Shown: positions 1 through 12,784, counted from the stretch's first letter. The stretch: DNA of 64,000 nucleotides from Malacoraja senta (GCA_038087875.1 CM075993.1:1986001-2050000), one strand, 5' to 3'. The notes: generated from the sequence alone by a model not told the origin. Made by a program: numbers and translations.

Positions 1-48
1 AGCGGGTCAGGCAGCATCTCTGGAGAACATGGATAGGTGATGTTTCAG

Positions 49-359
49 GTTTAGTTTAGAGATACAGCGCGGAAACAGTCCGTTCAGCCCATCGAGTCTG
101 TGCCAACCAGCGACCCCCGCACACCAACACTATCCTACACACACTAGGGACAATTTTACATTTGCACCAGGCCAATTAACCCACAAACTTGTAGATCTTT
201 GGAGTGCGGGAGGAAACCGAAGATCTCGGAGAAAACCCACGCGGTCACGGGGAGAACGTGCAAACTCCGTAGCGCCCGTATTCGGGATCGAGCTCGTGTC
301 TCTGGCGCTGCAAGCGCTGTAAGGCAGCAACTCTACTGCTGCGCCACCATGACCGCCCC
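49..359 (-). mobile_element. tRNA-derived V-SINE (HE1-like), near full length
   Basis: Reverse complement has a tRNA-like A/B-box head, V-domain (gtttgcacgttctccccgtg...ggtttcctcc) and CR1-like tail ending in (ctaaa)n. Confidence 0.85.
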
Positions 360-658
360 ACTTCAGAATCTACTTCAGACTGAAGAAGAAGAAAGGTCCT
401 GACCTTAGACATCACCAATCCATGTTCTCCAGAGATGCTGCTTGAGTTACTCCAGCATTTTGTACCTTGCGTTGATTAGTCCTTGTTCCTTCACAGAGCT
501 TTGGGCACCTCTACTGAAGTGACGTGGCACGTTTGTTTTTATTGATAACAACTAACAGAAGACTTGCGTTGGACAATGAGACGTGATGTGTCATGTTTGC
601 TCATGCTTGCTTGTTCTATCTTCATCAGCTCTCTGCTGTAGTCCAAACCTAGGTCTTT

Positions 659-976
659 GGGCAGCGCAGTGGTGCAGCGGGTAGAGCTGCTGCCTGGCAG
701 CACCAGGGACCTGTGTTCGATCCTGATCTCGGGTGCCCTCTGTGTGGAGTTTGCACGTGATCAGAAGGGTTTCCTCCGGGTGCTCCGGTTTCCTCCCACA
801 TCCCAAAGACGTGCGGGTTTGTAGGTTGATTGGCCCTCTGTAAATTGCCCCTAGTGTGTAGGGAGTGGATGGGAAAGTGGGATAGCATAGAACTAGTGTG
901 AACTAGTTGGCATGGACTCGGTGGGCCGAATGGCCTGTTTCCATACTGTACCTCTTAACTAAAACTTCTAAACTAA
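659..976 (+). mobile_element. V-SINE (HE1-like)
   Basis: A-box gtggtgcagcgg, B-box gttcgatcc, V-domain, tail gggccgaatggcctgtttcc...aactaaa. Confidence 0.85.
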
Positions 977-1299
977 AGGATCAATGTCTTGACTTCCTCT
1001 TCGGCTGAACACAATCAGTGAACTTTGTTTTCCGAGTGTGACGGAGGATTAGGAAGTTAATAGCTGCACAGGCTTGGTGCATAATGGTTCAGTTAATGGA
1101 TTGCAAGCTGGAGGCTAGTGCGATTGATCCAGTAATATGACTTCAAGTCCCACCACTTGAATTTAAATTGAAGAAAGTAAATAAATTATTGCAGTTAGGT
1201 GCCCATGAAAACACACGATTATCTTGTCCGTTTGTGTCCTTTTCGGGAAGAAATCCACCATTTTACCCGGTTTTGGCCCATATATCAGTCCAGTCCCGC

Positions 1300-1956
1300 T
1301 AATCCGCCAGCGATCACCCCGTACACTCTCCGACACACACCAGGGACAATTCACAATTTTGTACCGAAGCCAATTAACCTGCAAACCCGCACGTCTTTGG
1401 AGTGTGGGAGGAAACTGGGGCACCTGGAGAAAACCCACGCAGGTCACTGGGAGAAGGTACAAACTCCGTACAGACAGGACCCGAGGTCGGGATCGAACCC
1501 TGGTGTTTGGCGCTGCACCTCCGTGCCACTCCTAAGGGAATAGACAGGCGACATTTCAGTTCGGAACCCTTCTTCCCACTCCAACGTACATTGTTTTGAC
1601 AAGGCAGTGTTAATTGCAAGAGAGGTATGAATTAGATGCACAAATATTGGGGCCTGGCACTGGGGAGTGGTTCATATGTACCTGGGTTAGCAGAAGTGTG
1701 ATGAGGGGCGGCATGGTGGCGCAGCGGTAGAGTTGCTGCCTCACAGCGCCAGAGACACGGGTTCGATCCTGACCAGGGGTGCTGTCTGTACACCCCTCCC
1801 CGTATTTTCTCCCCGTGACCACGTGGGTTTCTTCCGGGTGCTCCGGTTTCCCCCCTAGTGTGTAGGATAGAACTGGTGTATGGGTGATCGCTGGTTGGTG
1901 CGGACTCTGAGGATGTAAGGACCTGTTTCCATGCTGTATCTCTAAACTACACTAAA
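1300..1956. mobile_element. Two V-SINE copies: partial on minus (~1300-1528) and on plus (~1705-1956)
   Basis: Same head, V-domain and tail motifs as the other copies. Confidence 0.75.
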
Positions 1957-2046
1957 TGAGGGGATTGGGGTTTTCGGAAGGTAGAATTCATTTTGGGATT
2001 CATGTACAAGTGAATAGTGGTTCCAGATTAGTCAGTACCTTATCTG

Positions 2047-2103
2047 GGGGGGGAAAGAGATTGCAACCTTCACGTGGTCCACCCTGTTTCGATGAATGCA
2101 ATC
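2047..2103 (+). ncRNA. HDV/CPEB3-like ribozyme fold (catalytic C position is T in this copy)
   Basis: P1 G7/CCACCCT, P2 GATTGCA/TGCAATC, P3 ACC/GGT, L3 TTCACGT, GT, short P4 TTCGA, J4/2 TGAA. Confidence 0.75.
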
Positions 2104-2180
2104 AACCTGGCATTCACAAACAGAAGATCAAACAGAACAAGATGTCCTACAACTTTAGGCTGTGCATGCCACACACAAGA
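2047..2180 (+). mobile_element. ~134-bp non-autonomous retroposon with HDV-like ribozyme head and (AAG) tail
   Basis: Flanked by a degenerate 13-bp TSD: agtaccttatctg (2034-2046) / agcaccttttctg (2181-2193). Tail gccacacacaagaag. Confidence 0.7.
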
Positions 2181-2789
2181 AGCACCTTTTCTGAATCTTT
2201 ATGGATGGGGAAAGATTAGACCCAGTGAGAAGAACCAGAAGTGTGCTTCAGTGATAATTTTACATGGATATCCGTTGACAAATTTTGGGCAGTTTATTTA
2301 TTCACAATTTTGAATGAAATGACACGTTGTAACACGCATATTGCAAGAGAGATATAACTGTAAAGAGACATCATGTTGAAAGCAATCATTCTGAGCATTC
2401 GATATTCGATGCTAATTGGAAATGGGATGCATTCACTGGTCAGATCTGCGGTCCCAGCATTGATAACAGCAAACAACTGTACACCTAATGAAGCATAAAA
2501 AGTATCAAACTGTGCCTGTGCATTCAGCGTACTGAACAAAGAGGAAGCCCAAATTGCCCTTCAATTAGTCCCCTGTGCTTTATTTCCCACAAGTAACCTG
2601 TCGCACCCTCCGCTCTCATTATCCAAAGGTAGTATTGGTGCAAAGAGCAGTAGAAATAGTTAGTGGAAAATGCTTCACGAGCGCTCTGCCAACCACCCCA
2701 CGCGCTGCTGTGTCACTGTGATTGCCTTCGGAGAGTGTCGAACGCTGCAGTTTAATCCTGTACCCCAGGAAACCTCCGTTTACTTTCGT

Positions 2790-3222
2790 TCAGAGATATG
2801 GCGCGGAAACAGGCCCTTCGGCCCACCGTGTCCGCACCGACCAGCGATCCCCGCACACTAACACTATCCTACACACACCAGGGACAATTTATATTTATAC
2901 CAAGCCAATTAACCTGTTTAATTTTGTTTAGTTTAGAGATACAGAGTGGAAACAGGCCCTTTGGCCCTTCGGACCAGGGATCCCCGCACATTAACACTAT
3001 CCTATACACACTAGGGACAATTTAACATTTATACCAAGCCAATTAAACTACAAACCTGTACGTCTTTGGAGTGCGGGAGGAAACGGAAGATCTCTGAGAA
3101 AACTCACGCAGGTCACGGGGAGAACGTACAAACTCCGTACAGACAGCACCCGTAGTCAGGATCGAACCCGGGTCTCTGGAGCAATGAGGCAGCAACTCTA
3201 CCGCTGCACCACCGTGCCGCCC
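2790..3222 (-). mobile_element. V-SINE with tandemly duplicated 3' half
   Basis: Tail segment occurs twice (~2790-2915 and ~2925-3050), followed by V-domain and tRNA head. Confidence 0.8.
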
Positions 3223-3867
3223 TTCGGAACTCTTTGAAAGGGTCGTCTCTTACATCCAGTTCAGATGGCCGTTCACCGTGGCCGAGATTTGAATGGAGGT
3301 TATGTTCGAAAAACATGAACAATGCATGCAAGATCAGTACCAGAGAGTGAAGAGAGAGCAGCCAATCTCTAATAGATAGACACAGAATGCTGGAGTAACT
3401 CAGCGGGTCAGGCAGCATCTCTGGAGAAGAGGAATAGGTGACGTTTCGGGTCGAGACCTTCAGACCCAAACAAAATAGGCATCGTGCTCAGCACAGACAG
3501 TGCGGGCCGAATGGCCTGTTCCTGTGCTATACTGTTCCATATTCTATGTACTATGTTTGGCAAAAATAAGCCAATGCAATGTTTTTCTTGCGCAGTGCTT
3601 AAGATCTGCAGGTCACTTCCCGGGAGGATAACAGGGACAATCTTAACGGGACCTTTCTAAGAAAAATATACCAACTACTTTGGGGACAACACAATGGCTC
3701 AGCGGTAGAGTTGCTGCCTTACAGCGCCAGGGACCCGGGTTCGACCCAAACTCTCGGGTGCTGTCGGGTTCTGGAGTACCTCGGTGGGTCAGGCAGCATC
3801 TCCGGAGAACACGGATAGGTGGCGTTTTGAGTCAGAATACTTCTTCAAACTGAAGCATCACCTAAGT

Positions 3868-4071
3868 TAGACACCAAATGCTGGAGTAACTCAGCAGGAC
3901 AGGCAGCATCTCTGGAGAGAAGGAATGGGTGACGTTTCAGGTTGAGACCCTTCTTCAGACCCAAAACGTCACCCATTCCTTCCCTCCAGAGATCCTGCCT
4001 GTCCCGCTGAGTTACTCCAGCTTTTTGTGTCTACCTTCGATTTAAACCAGCATCTGCAGTTCTTTCCTACA
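3868..4071. mobile_element. Fold-back (inverted) pair of Penelope 3'-end fragments
   Basis: Arms gctggagtaactcagc...gtgacgttt and aaacgtcac...gctgagttactccagc meet at the hammerhead hairpin. Confidence 0.8.
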
Positions 4072-4147
4072 CATTTTGTCTGCTCCACTGCGAAATCTCC
4101 TCAAGGTATGTGCCTACTTTGAAGAAACTCAGCGGGTCCTTTGAGGA

Positions 4148-4318
4148 ACATAGAAACATAGAAAATAGGTGAAGGAGGAGGCCATTTGGCCCTTCGAGCC
4201 AGCACTGCCATTCATTGTGATCATGGCTGATCATCCCCAATCAGTAACCCGTGCCTGCCTTCTCTCCATATATCCCTTGATTCCACTAGCCCCGAGAGCT
4301 CTATCTAACTCTATCTAT
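4148..4318 (-). mobile_element. CR1/HER1-type LINE 3' end
   Basis: (catagaaa)n tail and gccatttggcccttcgagcc stem-loop region. Confidence 0.8.
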
Positions 4319-4951
4319 CTAAGGAGGAAGTTCTCCTCCTCGCTTCGACGAGAGTTCAGGATCGGTCTGAAGAAGGGTCTCGACCCGAAACGTCAACCAT
4401 TCCTTCTCTCCAGTGATGCTGCCTGTCCCGCTGAGTTACTCCAGCATTTTAAAACTATTCTTACAATCTATAGTTTGGAAAGATCTAATAGCAAGGCTTC
4501 ACCTGAGTGATTTGGTAATGATCTCAAAATTATCTGGCCCACCGTTAATTAAGTTATTTGTTGAGGCTTCTCGATCAAAGATATTGGCACCACCCATTAT
4601 AGACTAGCACCTTACTCAGTCTTGCTTAAGATTGGATTCTGCTTAATTATAGACTAAGCTCTGCTCTTCCCCTTTATCTCACTAACATTGCAGCAATCTG
4701 ACCCAGAGGAATATCTTGCTGAATGGTTTGTAATCTGAATAGCTCAATAAACCTGACTTCATTGGCACAATGATAACTGTTTTATGTTAATTTATTATTG
4801 AGGTTATGTGTAAGGAAGAGCTGCAGATGTTGGTTTAAATCGAATGTGGACATAAAATGCTGGGTCTCGACCCGAAACGTCACCCATTCCTTCTCTCCAG
4901 AGATGCTGCCTGTCCCACTGACTTACTCCAGCTTTTTGTGTCGTTTTATTT

Positions 4952-5705
4952 TGGAAACTGCTGGAGTAACTCAGCGGGACAGGCAGCGTCTCTGGAGAGA
5001 AGGAATGGGTGACGTTTCGGGTCGAGACCCTTCTTCAGACTGATGTCGGGGGAGAGGGGCGGGACAAGGAGAGAATGTAGGCGGAGACAGTGAGACTGGT
5101 GAGGACTGGGAAGGAGGAGGGGACGGAGGGAGAGGGAAAGCAAGGACTATTTGAAGTTAGAGCAGTCAATGTTCATACCGCTGGGGTGTAAGCTGCCCAA
5201 GCGAAATATGACATGCTGTTCCTCCAATTTGCGCTGGGCCTCACTCTGACAATGGAGGAGGCCCAGGACAGAAAAGTCAGATTGGGAATGGGAGGGGGAG
5301 TTGAAGAGCTGAGCCACCGGGAGATCAGGTAGGTTAAGGCGGACTGAGCGGAGGTGTTCAGGGAAACGATCGCCGAGCCTGCGCTTGGTCTCGCCGATGT
5401 AGAGAAGTTGACACCTGGAACAGCGGATACAGTAGATGAGGTTGGAGGAGGTGCAAGTGAACCTCTGCCTCACCTGGAAAGACTGTTTGGGTCCTTGGAT
5501 GGAGTCGAGGGGGGAGGTAAAGGAACAGGTATTGCATCTCCTGCGGTTGCAGGGGAAAGTAACTGGGGAGGGGGTGGTTTGGGTGGGAAGGGACGAGTTG
5601 ACCAGGGAGTTGCGGAGGGAACAGTCGCTGCGGAAAGCAGAAAGGGGTGGAGATGGGAAGATGTGGCCAGTAGTGGGATCCCGTTGGTGGTGAAAATATT
5701 GGAGG
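4952..5705 (-). mobile_element. Penelope-like element (Neptune-type), 5'-truncated: Cys-rich linker + GIY-YIG endonuclease + 3' repeat with hammerhead
   Basis: ORF 5147-5737 contains CNRRRCNTC, NLIYCIRC..C.LLYIGET.RRL..RF.EH and G.N C-terminal motifs. Hammerhead core at 5011-5038 is in the same orientation. Confidence 0.9.
5011..5038 (-). ncRNA. Minimal type-I hammerhead ribozyme core (representative of at least 15 intact copies)
   Basis: CUGAAGA-A-GGGUC UC GACCC-GAAA-CG-UC; self-complementary ACGU replaces stem III. Confidence 0.75.
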
Positions 5706-6189
5706 ATTATATGCTGTATGCTGTACCCATCCTTCAAACCTGCTCACAATGCAAAGAGCAGCTGAAGACTAACACATGGAGTCTTTCTGAGTCCTAATTT
5801 AGACTGAATGGGATCACCATTTTAACATGACCCAGCAACTGAATGGAGAGCTGCTTGCCCTCCAGATCTCTTGCCAATTGTACATCATATATCATTCAGT
5901 GGGATGAAAGGCTGAAGTTTCAATCCTAAGAGCCCTTGTGAACCCTGGTAGGATTTGTCATGATGAGAAACTGCGCAAAGCTGGTTATTTGGGAAAAAAA
6001 CCACTTCCATCTTATCTACCTCTCAAGGAGAAGATTTTGCCCCAAGGGGTTGGATTGACAAAATCAAGTAAAAGAGATACAGCAAAGTGCAGTTTAGAGT
6101 ATACGGAGTGCAGAGTATATTCTCACCATTGTAGCGCATCAGTTCCATAGACTGGCATGTACTTACATATAAGCCACAGATGCACCATT

Positions 6190-6905
6190 ATTTCCTTATC
6201 ACCATCTGCTTTGATCTATAGTTTTCACACCCTACCCTTCCATATCTCCAGAGTCCCTCTCCCCTGACTCTCAGTCTGAAGAAGGGCCTCGACCCGAAAC
6301 GTCACCCATTCCTTCTCTCCAGAGATGCTGCCTGCCCCGCTGAGTTACTCCAGCATTTTGTGTCTATCTCTGGTGTAAACCAGCACCTGCAGTTCCTTCC
6401 TACACATTCCCCTTTTAGTTTATTTTACTTTAGTTTGGAGATACAGCATGGAAAGAGGCCCTTCCACCCACCGAGACCGTGCCGACCAGCGATCATCGTA
6501 CACCAGAAGGGTCTTGAGCCGAAACGTCACCCATTCCTTCTCTCCAGAGATGCTGCCTGTCCCGCTGAGTTACTCCAGCATTTTGTGTCTAGCCTACAGC
6601 ATTGCGAATGGGTTCCACTCCAGCCTCCCGTCAGATGTATAATCACCTTCAGGGTCGGGAATAAATATATCGGAACCATCTCATTACTCGTGTGTGAATC
6701 TGCACATTTCCGCAGGGGTCCAAAGGGGCATGATTGTGTTTTGTATTAACAGGTTCATCAGCATTTCTGCTCAGCTGAGAACGTGATTGATAAGCTCTGT
6801 GCAGTCCCACTGTTTCTGAAGAAGGGTCTCGACCCAGAACGTCACCCATTCCTTCTCTCCAGAGATGCTGCCTGTCCCGCTGAGTTACTCCAGCATTTTG
6901 AGTCC
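6190..6905 (+). mobile_element. Cluster of three Penelope 3'-end fragments
   Basis: Repeated gaagggtctcgacccgaaacgtcacccattccttctctccagagatgctgcc near 6276, 6505 and 6816. Confidence 0.8.
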
Positions 6906-7007
6906 ACCCTCTGTTTCTCAAGTTTGTTTCTGGGTTAGGATGTCTGGCCATTTTTTTTCATTGCTGGGAATTAAATAAGTTCTGACGACATCTCTTGCTT
7001 CCTCGTA

Positions 7008-7172
7008 AGGGGCTGTCCCACTTGGGCGACCTAATTGGTGAGTTTAGAAGAGTTTGAAAAAAATGACATGTTGAAGACCTCCTTCAACCTCGTGTCGACC
7101 ATGCTGCGAGTATGAGTCGAGGGCAACTTCGCCAGAACTCGCGGATTAGGTTGCCCAAGTGGGACAGGCCCT
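7008..7172. mobile_element. PIF/Harbinger-like MITE
   Basis: TIRs gggctgtcccacttgggcgacctaat / attaggttgcccaagtgggacaggccc. Confidence 0.75.
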
Positions 7173-7615
7173 GTAATACCTACTTCTCTGACCAATTGGA
7201 TATCTCCTTATGTGTAGGAAGGAACTGCAGATGCTGGTTTAAACTGAAGATAGACACAAAAAGTTGGAGTAACTCAGCGGGACAGGCGGCATCTCTGGAG
7301 AGAAGGAATAGGTGACGGTTTTGGTTGAGACCCTTCTTCAGTCTATCTTCTTATATGTGTTTAGTTTAGTTTAGCTTAGAGGTACAGCGTGGAAACAGGC
7401 CCTTCGACCCCCCGAGTCCACACCGACCAGCGATCCCCGCACACTAACACTATCCGACACACACACAGATACATCAAGCCAATTAACCTACAAACCTGTA
7501 CGTCTTGTGGGAGGAAACTGAAGATCTCGGAGAAAACCCACGCAGGTCACGGGGAGAACGTGCAAACTCCGTACAGACAGCACCCGTAGTCGAGATCGCA
7601 CCCGTGCAATATAAT

Positions 7616-7945
7616 TATTGAGACTGCAACTGCAATGAGATGGTGAGTTTTTGAAGAGGAACCTTGGCATTTACACAGATGTTTCCTGACCTATAAATAT
7701 TCCCAGGAATTTGCACATTTATTGGCAAATTAAGGAAAAAATAGCTTAGCTAGCTTTAAGGGGAACATGGTGATTAAAGTTAGAACAATAATAATATCTT
7801 TTATTGTCATTGCACATAGGTGCAAGGAGATTTGGTATGCAGCTTCCATCCGATGTCATAACTTAATCAACTAAACATTTAGATACCCAGAGAAACATGA
7901 TTTTTTTTAAAATCTAAATCTAAATCTAAATCTAGATGACCTGTT
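7616..7945 (+). repeat. Local duplicate of ~200 bp of otherwise unique sequence (second copy 9714-9909)
   Basis: tattgagactgcaactgcaatgagatggtgagt...tagatgacctgtt is present twice; this copy carries an extra insertion at ~7786-7932. Confidence 0.85.
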
Positions 7946-8599
7946 CAGGATTGAACCTGTGTCTCTGGCGCCGTGAGGCAGCAACTCTACTGCTGCACCA
8001 TCGTGCCGCTTGTGTGACTCTTGATTAGTACGGTGTCAGGGGTTATGGGGAGAAGGCAGGAGAATGGGGTTAGGAGAGATAGTTCAGCCATGATTGAATG
8101 GCGGGGGAGACTCAATGGGCCGAATGGCCTAATTCTGCTCCTGTAACATATCTGGAACAGAAGGGACAATTTTCCTCTGTTATTGTATAATTGTAAGTTG
8201 TTGTTGAAATATTGCTATAAAACTGCAGATTAACTCAACCCTTCTGCAAGTTAATGTGTGAAAAATTGATAAAGCACTATGGCACGCAAAAAAACCCCAG
8301 ATTGATGAAGATATGAAAGTACTTTTCCACTCGATCAGGGTAACATACTCATATAGTCCAATGCAAATTGCAGCAATCAGTCTTTGGAGTCACCGCTCAA
8401 AATCTCACCAAGGTAGTTCTGCCAAGGTATATATTGAAAGCTAATTTCAGTATAAACTGTAGAACTCAATAAAATCACCACAGCTCATGTGTGTCCATGC
8501 CTCTGCCAACCTTTTAAGTTGTGATTTAATGGGAACATGTTTCTGTCCTCATCCCATTTGCAAGTAGGGATGCAAATTTGTTTTGAGTATTTTTGTTCG

Positions 8600-9228
8600 T
8601 TTGTTTTTTATTGTCACGTGTACCGAGGTACATTCAAAAGCTTTCTTGTTGCGTGCTATCCAGTCAGCGGAAGGACTATACACGATTCCAATCAAGCTGT
8701 CCGCAGTGTACAGATACAGGGTAAAGGGAATGCAAGATTCAAGATTCAAGAGAGTTTATTGTCATGGTTCCCAGATAGGACAATGGAATTCTTGCACAAC
8801 AGAATATGGTAGGCATGAATGATGTTTAGTGCAAGATATAGGCCAGTAAAGTCCGATTAAAGATAGTCCGAGGGTCTTGAATGAGGTAGGTGTTCGGTTA
8901 GGACTGCTCTCCAGTTGGTGATAGGATGATTCAGTGGTAGAGTTACTGCCTCACAGCACCGGAGACCCGGGTTCGATCCCGACTACGGGTGCTGTCTGTA
9001 TGGAGTTTGTACCTTCTCCCCGTGACCTGCGTGGGTTTTCTCCGAGATCTTCGGCTTCCTCCTACACTCCAAAGACGTACAGGTTTGTACGTTAATTGGC
9101 TTGGTGTATGTGTGTAAAAATTGTCCCTAGTGTGTGTAGGATTGTGTTAATGTGCGGGGAACACTGGTCGGTGCGGACTCAGTGGGCCGAAGGGCCTGTT
9201 TCCATGCTGTATCTCTGAAGTAGTCTAA
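8600..9228. mobile_element. Rex1/Babar LINE 3' tail (minus) followed by a V-SINE (plus, ~8933-9228)
   Basis: tttattgtcacgtgtaccgaggtac tail; V-domain and CR1-like SINE tail. Confidence 0.7.
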
Positions 9229-10498
9229 AGAATGGCTATTGTAATTGGCCCACACTGACTCTCCCAGCGAATTAAGGAAAGGTTTAAGATATCCTGTCCT
9301 TTATGGCAGAGTTAAAGACATATTTGTTTTGTCAACCTGTACTGTGGTAAAGGAATTAAGTAAGTAAGTAAGTAAGTAAGTTTATTGGCCAAGTATTCAC
9401 ATACAAGGAATTTGCCTTGGTGCTCCGCCCACAAGTAACAACATGACACACAGTGACAGTTACATTTTTAGTGTCTGGGCTTTTGTGATCAGAATTTTCC
9501 AGAACATCCACAAGTGTTTGAATATATAAAAGTACCTTCTATCCTACACACCCTTCGACCCACCAGGTCCGCGCCGACCAGCGATTGCCCCGTACAATTG
9601 ACGTACGAACCTGCACGTCTTTGGAGTGCGGGAGGAAACCGGAGCACCCGGAGAAAACCCACGCAGGTCGCGGTGAGAACGTGCAAACTCCGTACAGACA
9701 GCTTCAATGAAAATATTGAGACTGCAACTGCAATGAGATGGTGAGTTTTTGAAGAGAAACCTTGGCATTTACACAGATGTTTCCTGACCTATAAATATCT
9801 CCAGGAATTTGCACATTTATTGGCAAATTAAGGGAAAATAGCTTAGATAGCTTTAAGGGGAACATGGGTAGAAATACATGGTGATTAAAGTTAGAATAGA
9901 TGACCTGTTAGCCGTGCTGTTAATTCTGTGAGACTGCAACGGAGAACCATTTGCAGACTGTTTGCCGAGCTCAGCATTAATGAATTCTTCAGGCATTGCC
10001 TACTTTCATTAATCATTAGCAGCCCTGTAATTTTTCATTGTTATATTAATTGATGCACATAATTCACGGGACATTAAAAATGGAGGCAATTTGGAATCCC
10101 GAAATATGTGATGGGTTTTTGATTGAATATGAGCCGCGACCAGTGTTGAAGGTGGACAGAAATGCTGGAGAAACTCAGCGGGACAGGCAGCATCTATGGA
10201 GCGAAGGAATAGGTGACATTTTGGGTCGAGACCCTTCTTCATCTGCAGTTCTTTCTTAAACATTTCAACCAATGTTGGATCTGTTCCTCCATCTATAATC
10301 CAGAGGATAGGGACAAAATGTAACTCGGCGGGACAGGCAGCATCTACGGAGAGAAGGAATGGGTGACGTTTTGGGTTGAGATCCTTCAGATGCTTTCCCA
10401 TCCTAGTTCTCCGAGCAGCCTGAATAGGATTTACCTTCGTTGTCACCTTCCCCTAGCTAACAATAAATCTATTCTACATAATCCTTGAGCTTCGTCCC

Positions 10499-10908
10499 CT
10501 CCCTACCATCGAGGGGATCTATCGCAGTCGCTGCCTCAAAACAGCTGGCAGCATCATCAAGGACCCACATCATCCTGGCCACACACTCATCTCCCCGCTA
10601 CCTTCAGGTAGAAGGTACAGGAGCCTGAAGACTGCAACGTCCAGGTTCAGGAATAACTACTTCCCCACAGCCATCAGGCTATTAAACTCAACTCAAACAA
10701 AACTCTGAACATTAATAGCCCATTATCTGTTTATTTGCACTTTATCTGTTTATTTATTCATGTGTGTATATATTTATATAATGGTATATGGACACACTGA
10801 TCTGTTCTGTATTCATGTCTTCTATGTTCTGTTGTGCTGAAGCAAAGCAAGAATTTCATTGTCCTATCTGGGACACATGACAATAAACTCTCTTGAATCT
10901 TGAATCTT
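10499..10908 (+). mobile_element. Rex1/Babar-type LINE 3' end, inserted into a Penelope fragment
   Basis: Encodes LPTIEGIYRSRCLKTAGSIIKDPHHPGHTLISPLPSGRRYRSL...RFRNNYFPTAIRLLN; (tcttgaa)n tail; closely similar inverted copy at 41640-42062. Confidence 0.8.
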
Positions 10909-11549
10909 TAATGTCTCGTTTTCACACCTTGCCCTTACTTACCTCTCTTGTATTTAATTAAATCCATCGGATGACATGTTTTAGAAAAAGCGAAGGGCAC
11001 ATTCATCTGAACTGAAAACATAAAATGCTGGAAAAACTCAGCAGGTCAGGCCACAGCGGTGGTCAGAGCAGCATAGTTAACCAAAGATAGACGCAAAAAG
11101 CTGGAGTAACTCAGCGGGACAGGCAGCATCTCTGGAGAGAAGGGTTGGGTGACGTTTCGGGTCGAGACCCTACAGCCTTGACCCAAAACATCACCCTTTC
11201 CTTCGCTCCAGAGATCCCTCTGAGTTACTCCAGCATTTTGTGTCTATCTTCGGAGTAAACAGGCATCTGCAGTTCCTTCCTACACAACATAGTTCACTGA
11301 ACTGCATTCACAACACTTTGTTCTAAGTTTCTCGCACTTTGAAGAGAAAATATTACTGGGAGATTGAAGATTGGGAGATTGATGAGCTAATTTCTAAAGC
11401 AGTGAATGACTAAGAATACTGATGGCTGATGGGATAGCAAAGCTGTTTTTAAATACCTCTGCTGATCTCATTTTTAATAATAATCTAGGGTTGGAAATGC
11501 TGTTTACGAGCTTCTTGCTGGCTGGATCGTGGCTAATGGTAGTATCTGT

Positions 11550-11850
11550 GGGCGGCATGGTGGTGCAGCGGTAGAGTTGCTGCCTCACAGCGCCAGAGAC
11601 CCGGGTTCGATCCCGACTACGGGTGCTGTCTGTACAGAGTTTGTACCTTCTCCCCGTGACCTGCGTGGGTTTTCATCCGAGATTTTCGGTTTCCCCCCAC
11701 ACTCTAAAGATGCACAGGTTTGTAGGTTAATTGACTTGGTATAAGTGTAAATTGTCCCTAGTGTGTGTGGGATAGTGTTAATGTGCGGGGATTGCTGGTT
11801 GGCAAGGACACGGTGTTCCGAAGGTCCTATATCTCTAAACTAAACTAAAC
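11550..11850 (+). mobile_element. V-SINE, full length
   Basis: A/B boxes, V-domain, (ctaaa)n tail. Confidence 0.88.
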
Positions 11851-11863
11851 GAAACTTATCGAG

Positions 11864-12333
11864 GTTAATCCCCGGGATGGTGGGACTGTCATATGAGGAA
11901 AGATTGGAAAGACTGGGCTTGTATTCACTGGAATTTAGAAGGATGAGGGGGGATCGTACAGAAATGTATAAAATTATAAAAGGACTGGACAAGATAGATG
12001 CAGGAAAAATGTTCCCAATGTTGGGGGAGTTCAGAACCAGGGGCCACAGTCTAAGAATAAAGGGGAGGCCATTTAAAACTGAGATGAGAAAAAATGTTTT
12101 CACCCAGAGACTTATGAATTTGTGGAATTCTCTGCCACAGCGGGCAGTGGAGGCCAAGTCACTGGGAGTTAGATAGAGCTCTAGGGGCTAGCAGAATTAA
12201 GGGGTATGGGGAGAAGGCAGGCATGGGTTACTGATTGTGGACGATCAGCCACGATCACAATGATTGGCGGTGCTGGCTCGAAGGGCTAAATGGCCTCCTC
12301 CTGCACTTGTTTTCTATGTTTCTATGTTTCTAT
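11864..12333 (+). mobile_element. CR1/HER1-type LINE 3' end (ORF2 C-terminus + UTR)
   Basis: LSYEERLERLGLYSLEFRRMRGD...RTRGHSLRI...NLWNSLP; (ttctatgt)n tail. Confidence 0.9.
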
Positions 12334-12784
12334 TAAACTGTGAGCAGCTTGGAAGAGCACGACGTGGAGATTGGGTAGGAAGCTGCCTGAACATTGATGA
12401 CCATCTACTAATCGAGTGAGTAATTGGTGTGGGCGAGTTGGCGTTTGGGATATTGTTTGGCCGGTCTGTTGTGGACGTGTGGGTGAGAAGTAGTTCACAC
12501 TGATGAGTCAATGAGAACAACTCTGGCAGGAATAGAAAATGCCGTCATGCATCCACACCCCTGCACCGCACTTTTTAAAAGAGATTATGCCTCGTCTTAT
12601 ACCACTCAAAACTTATACCACTTAAACTTTCTTCCCAGTAAACCTACGCTGCACTCACCTAAATGCTGCATGTTTTCCAATTCATCGTGCACTAAAGTCA
12701 GAAAGCTAAAGAGATTGTGTTGATTCTTTACCCACACCAACTGTTAACTCAAGAAATAGAACATCTTATACCACTCTACCCAGA

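Noticed and set aside
5147..5737. Host GIY-YIG nuclease gene
   Set aside because: A 5'-truncated Penelope ORF with multiple decayed copies in the window.
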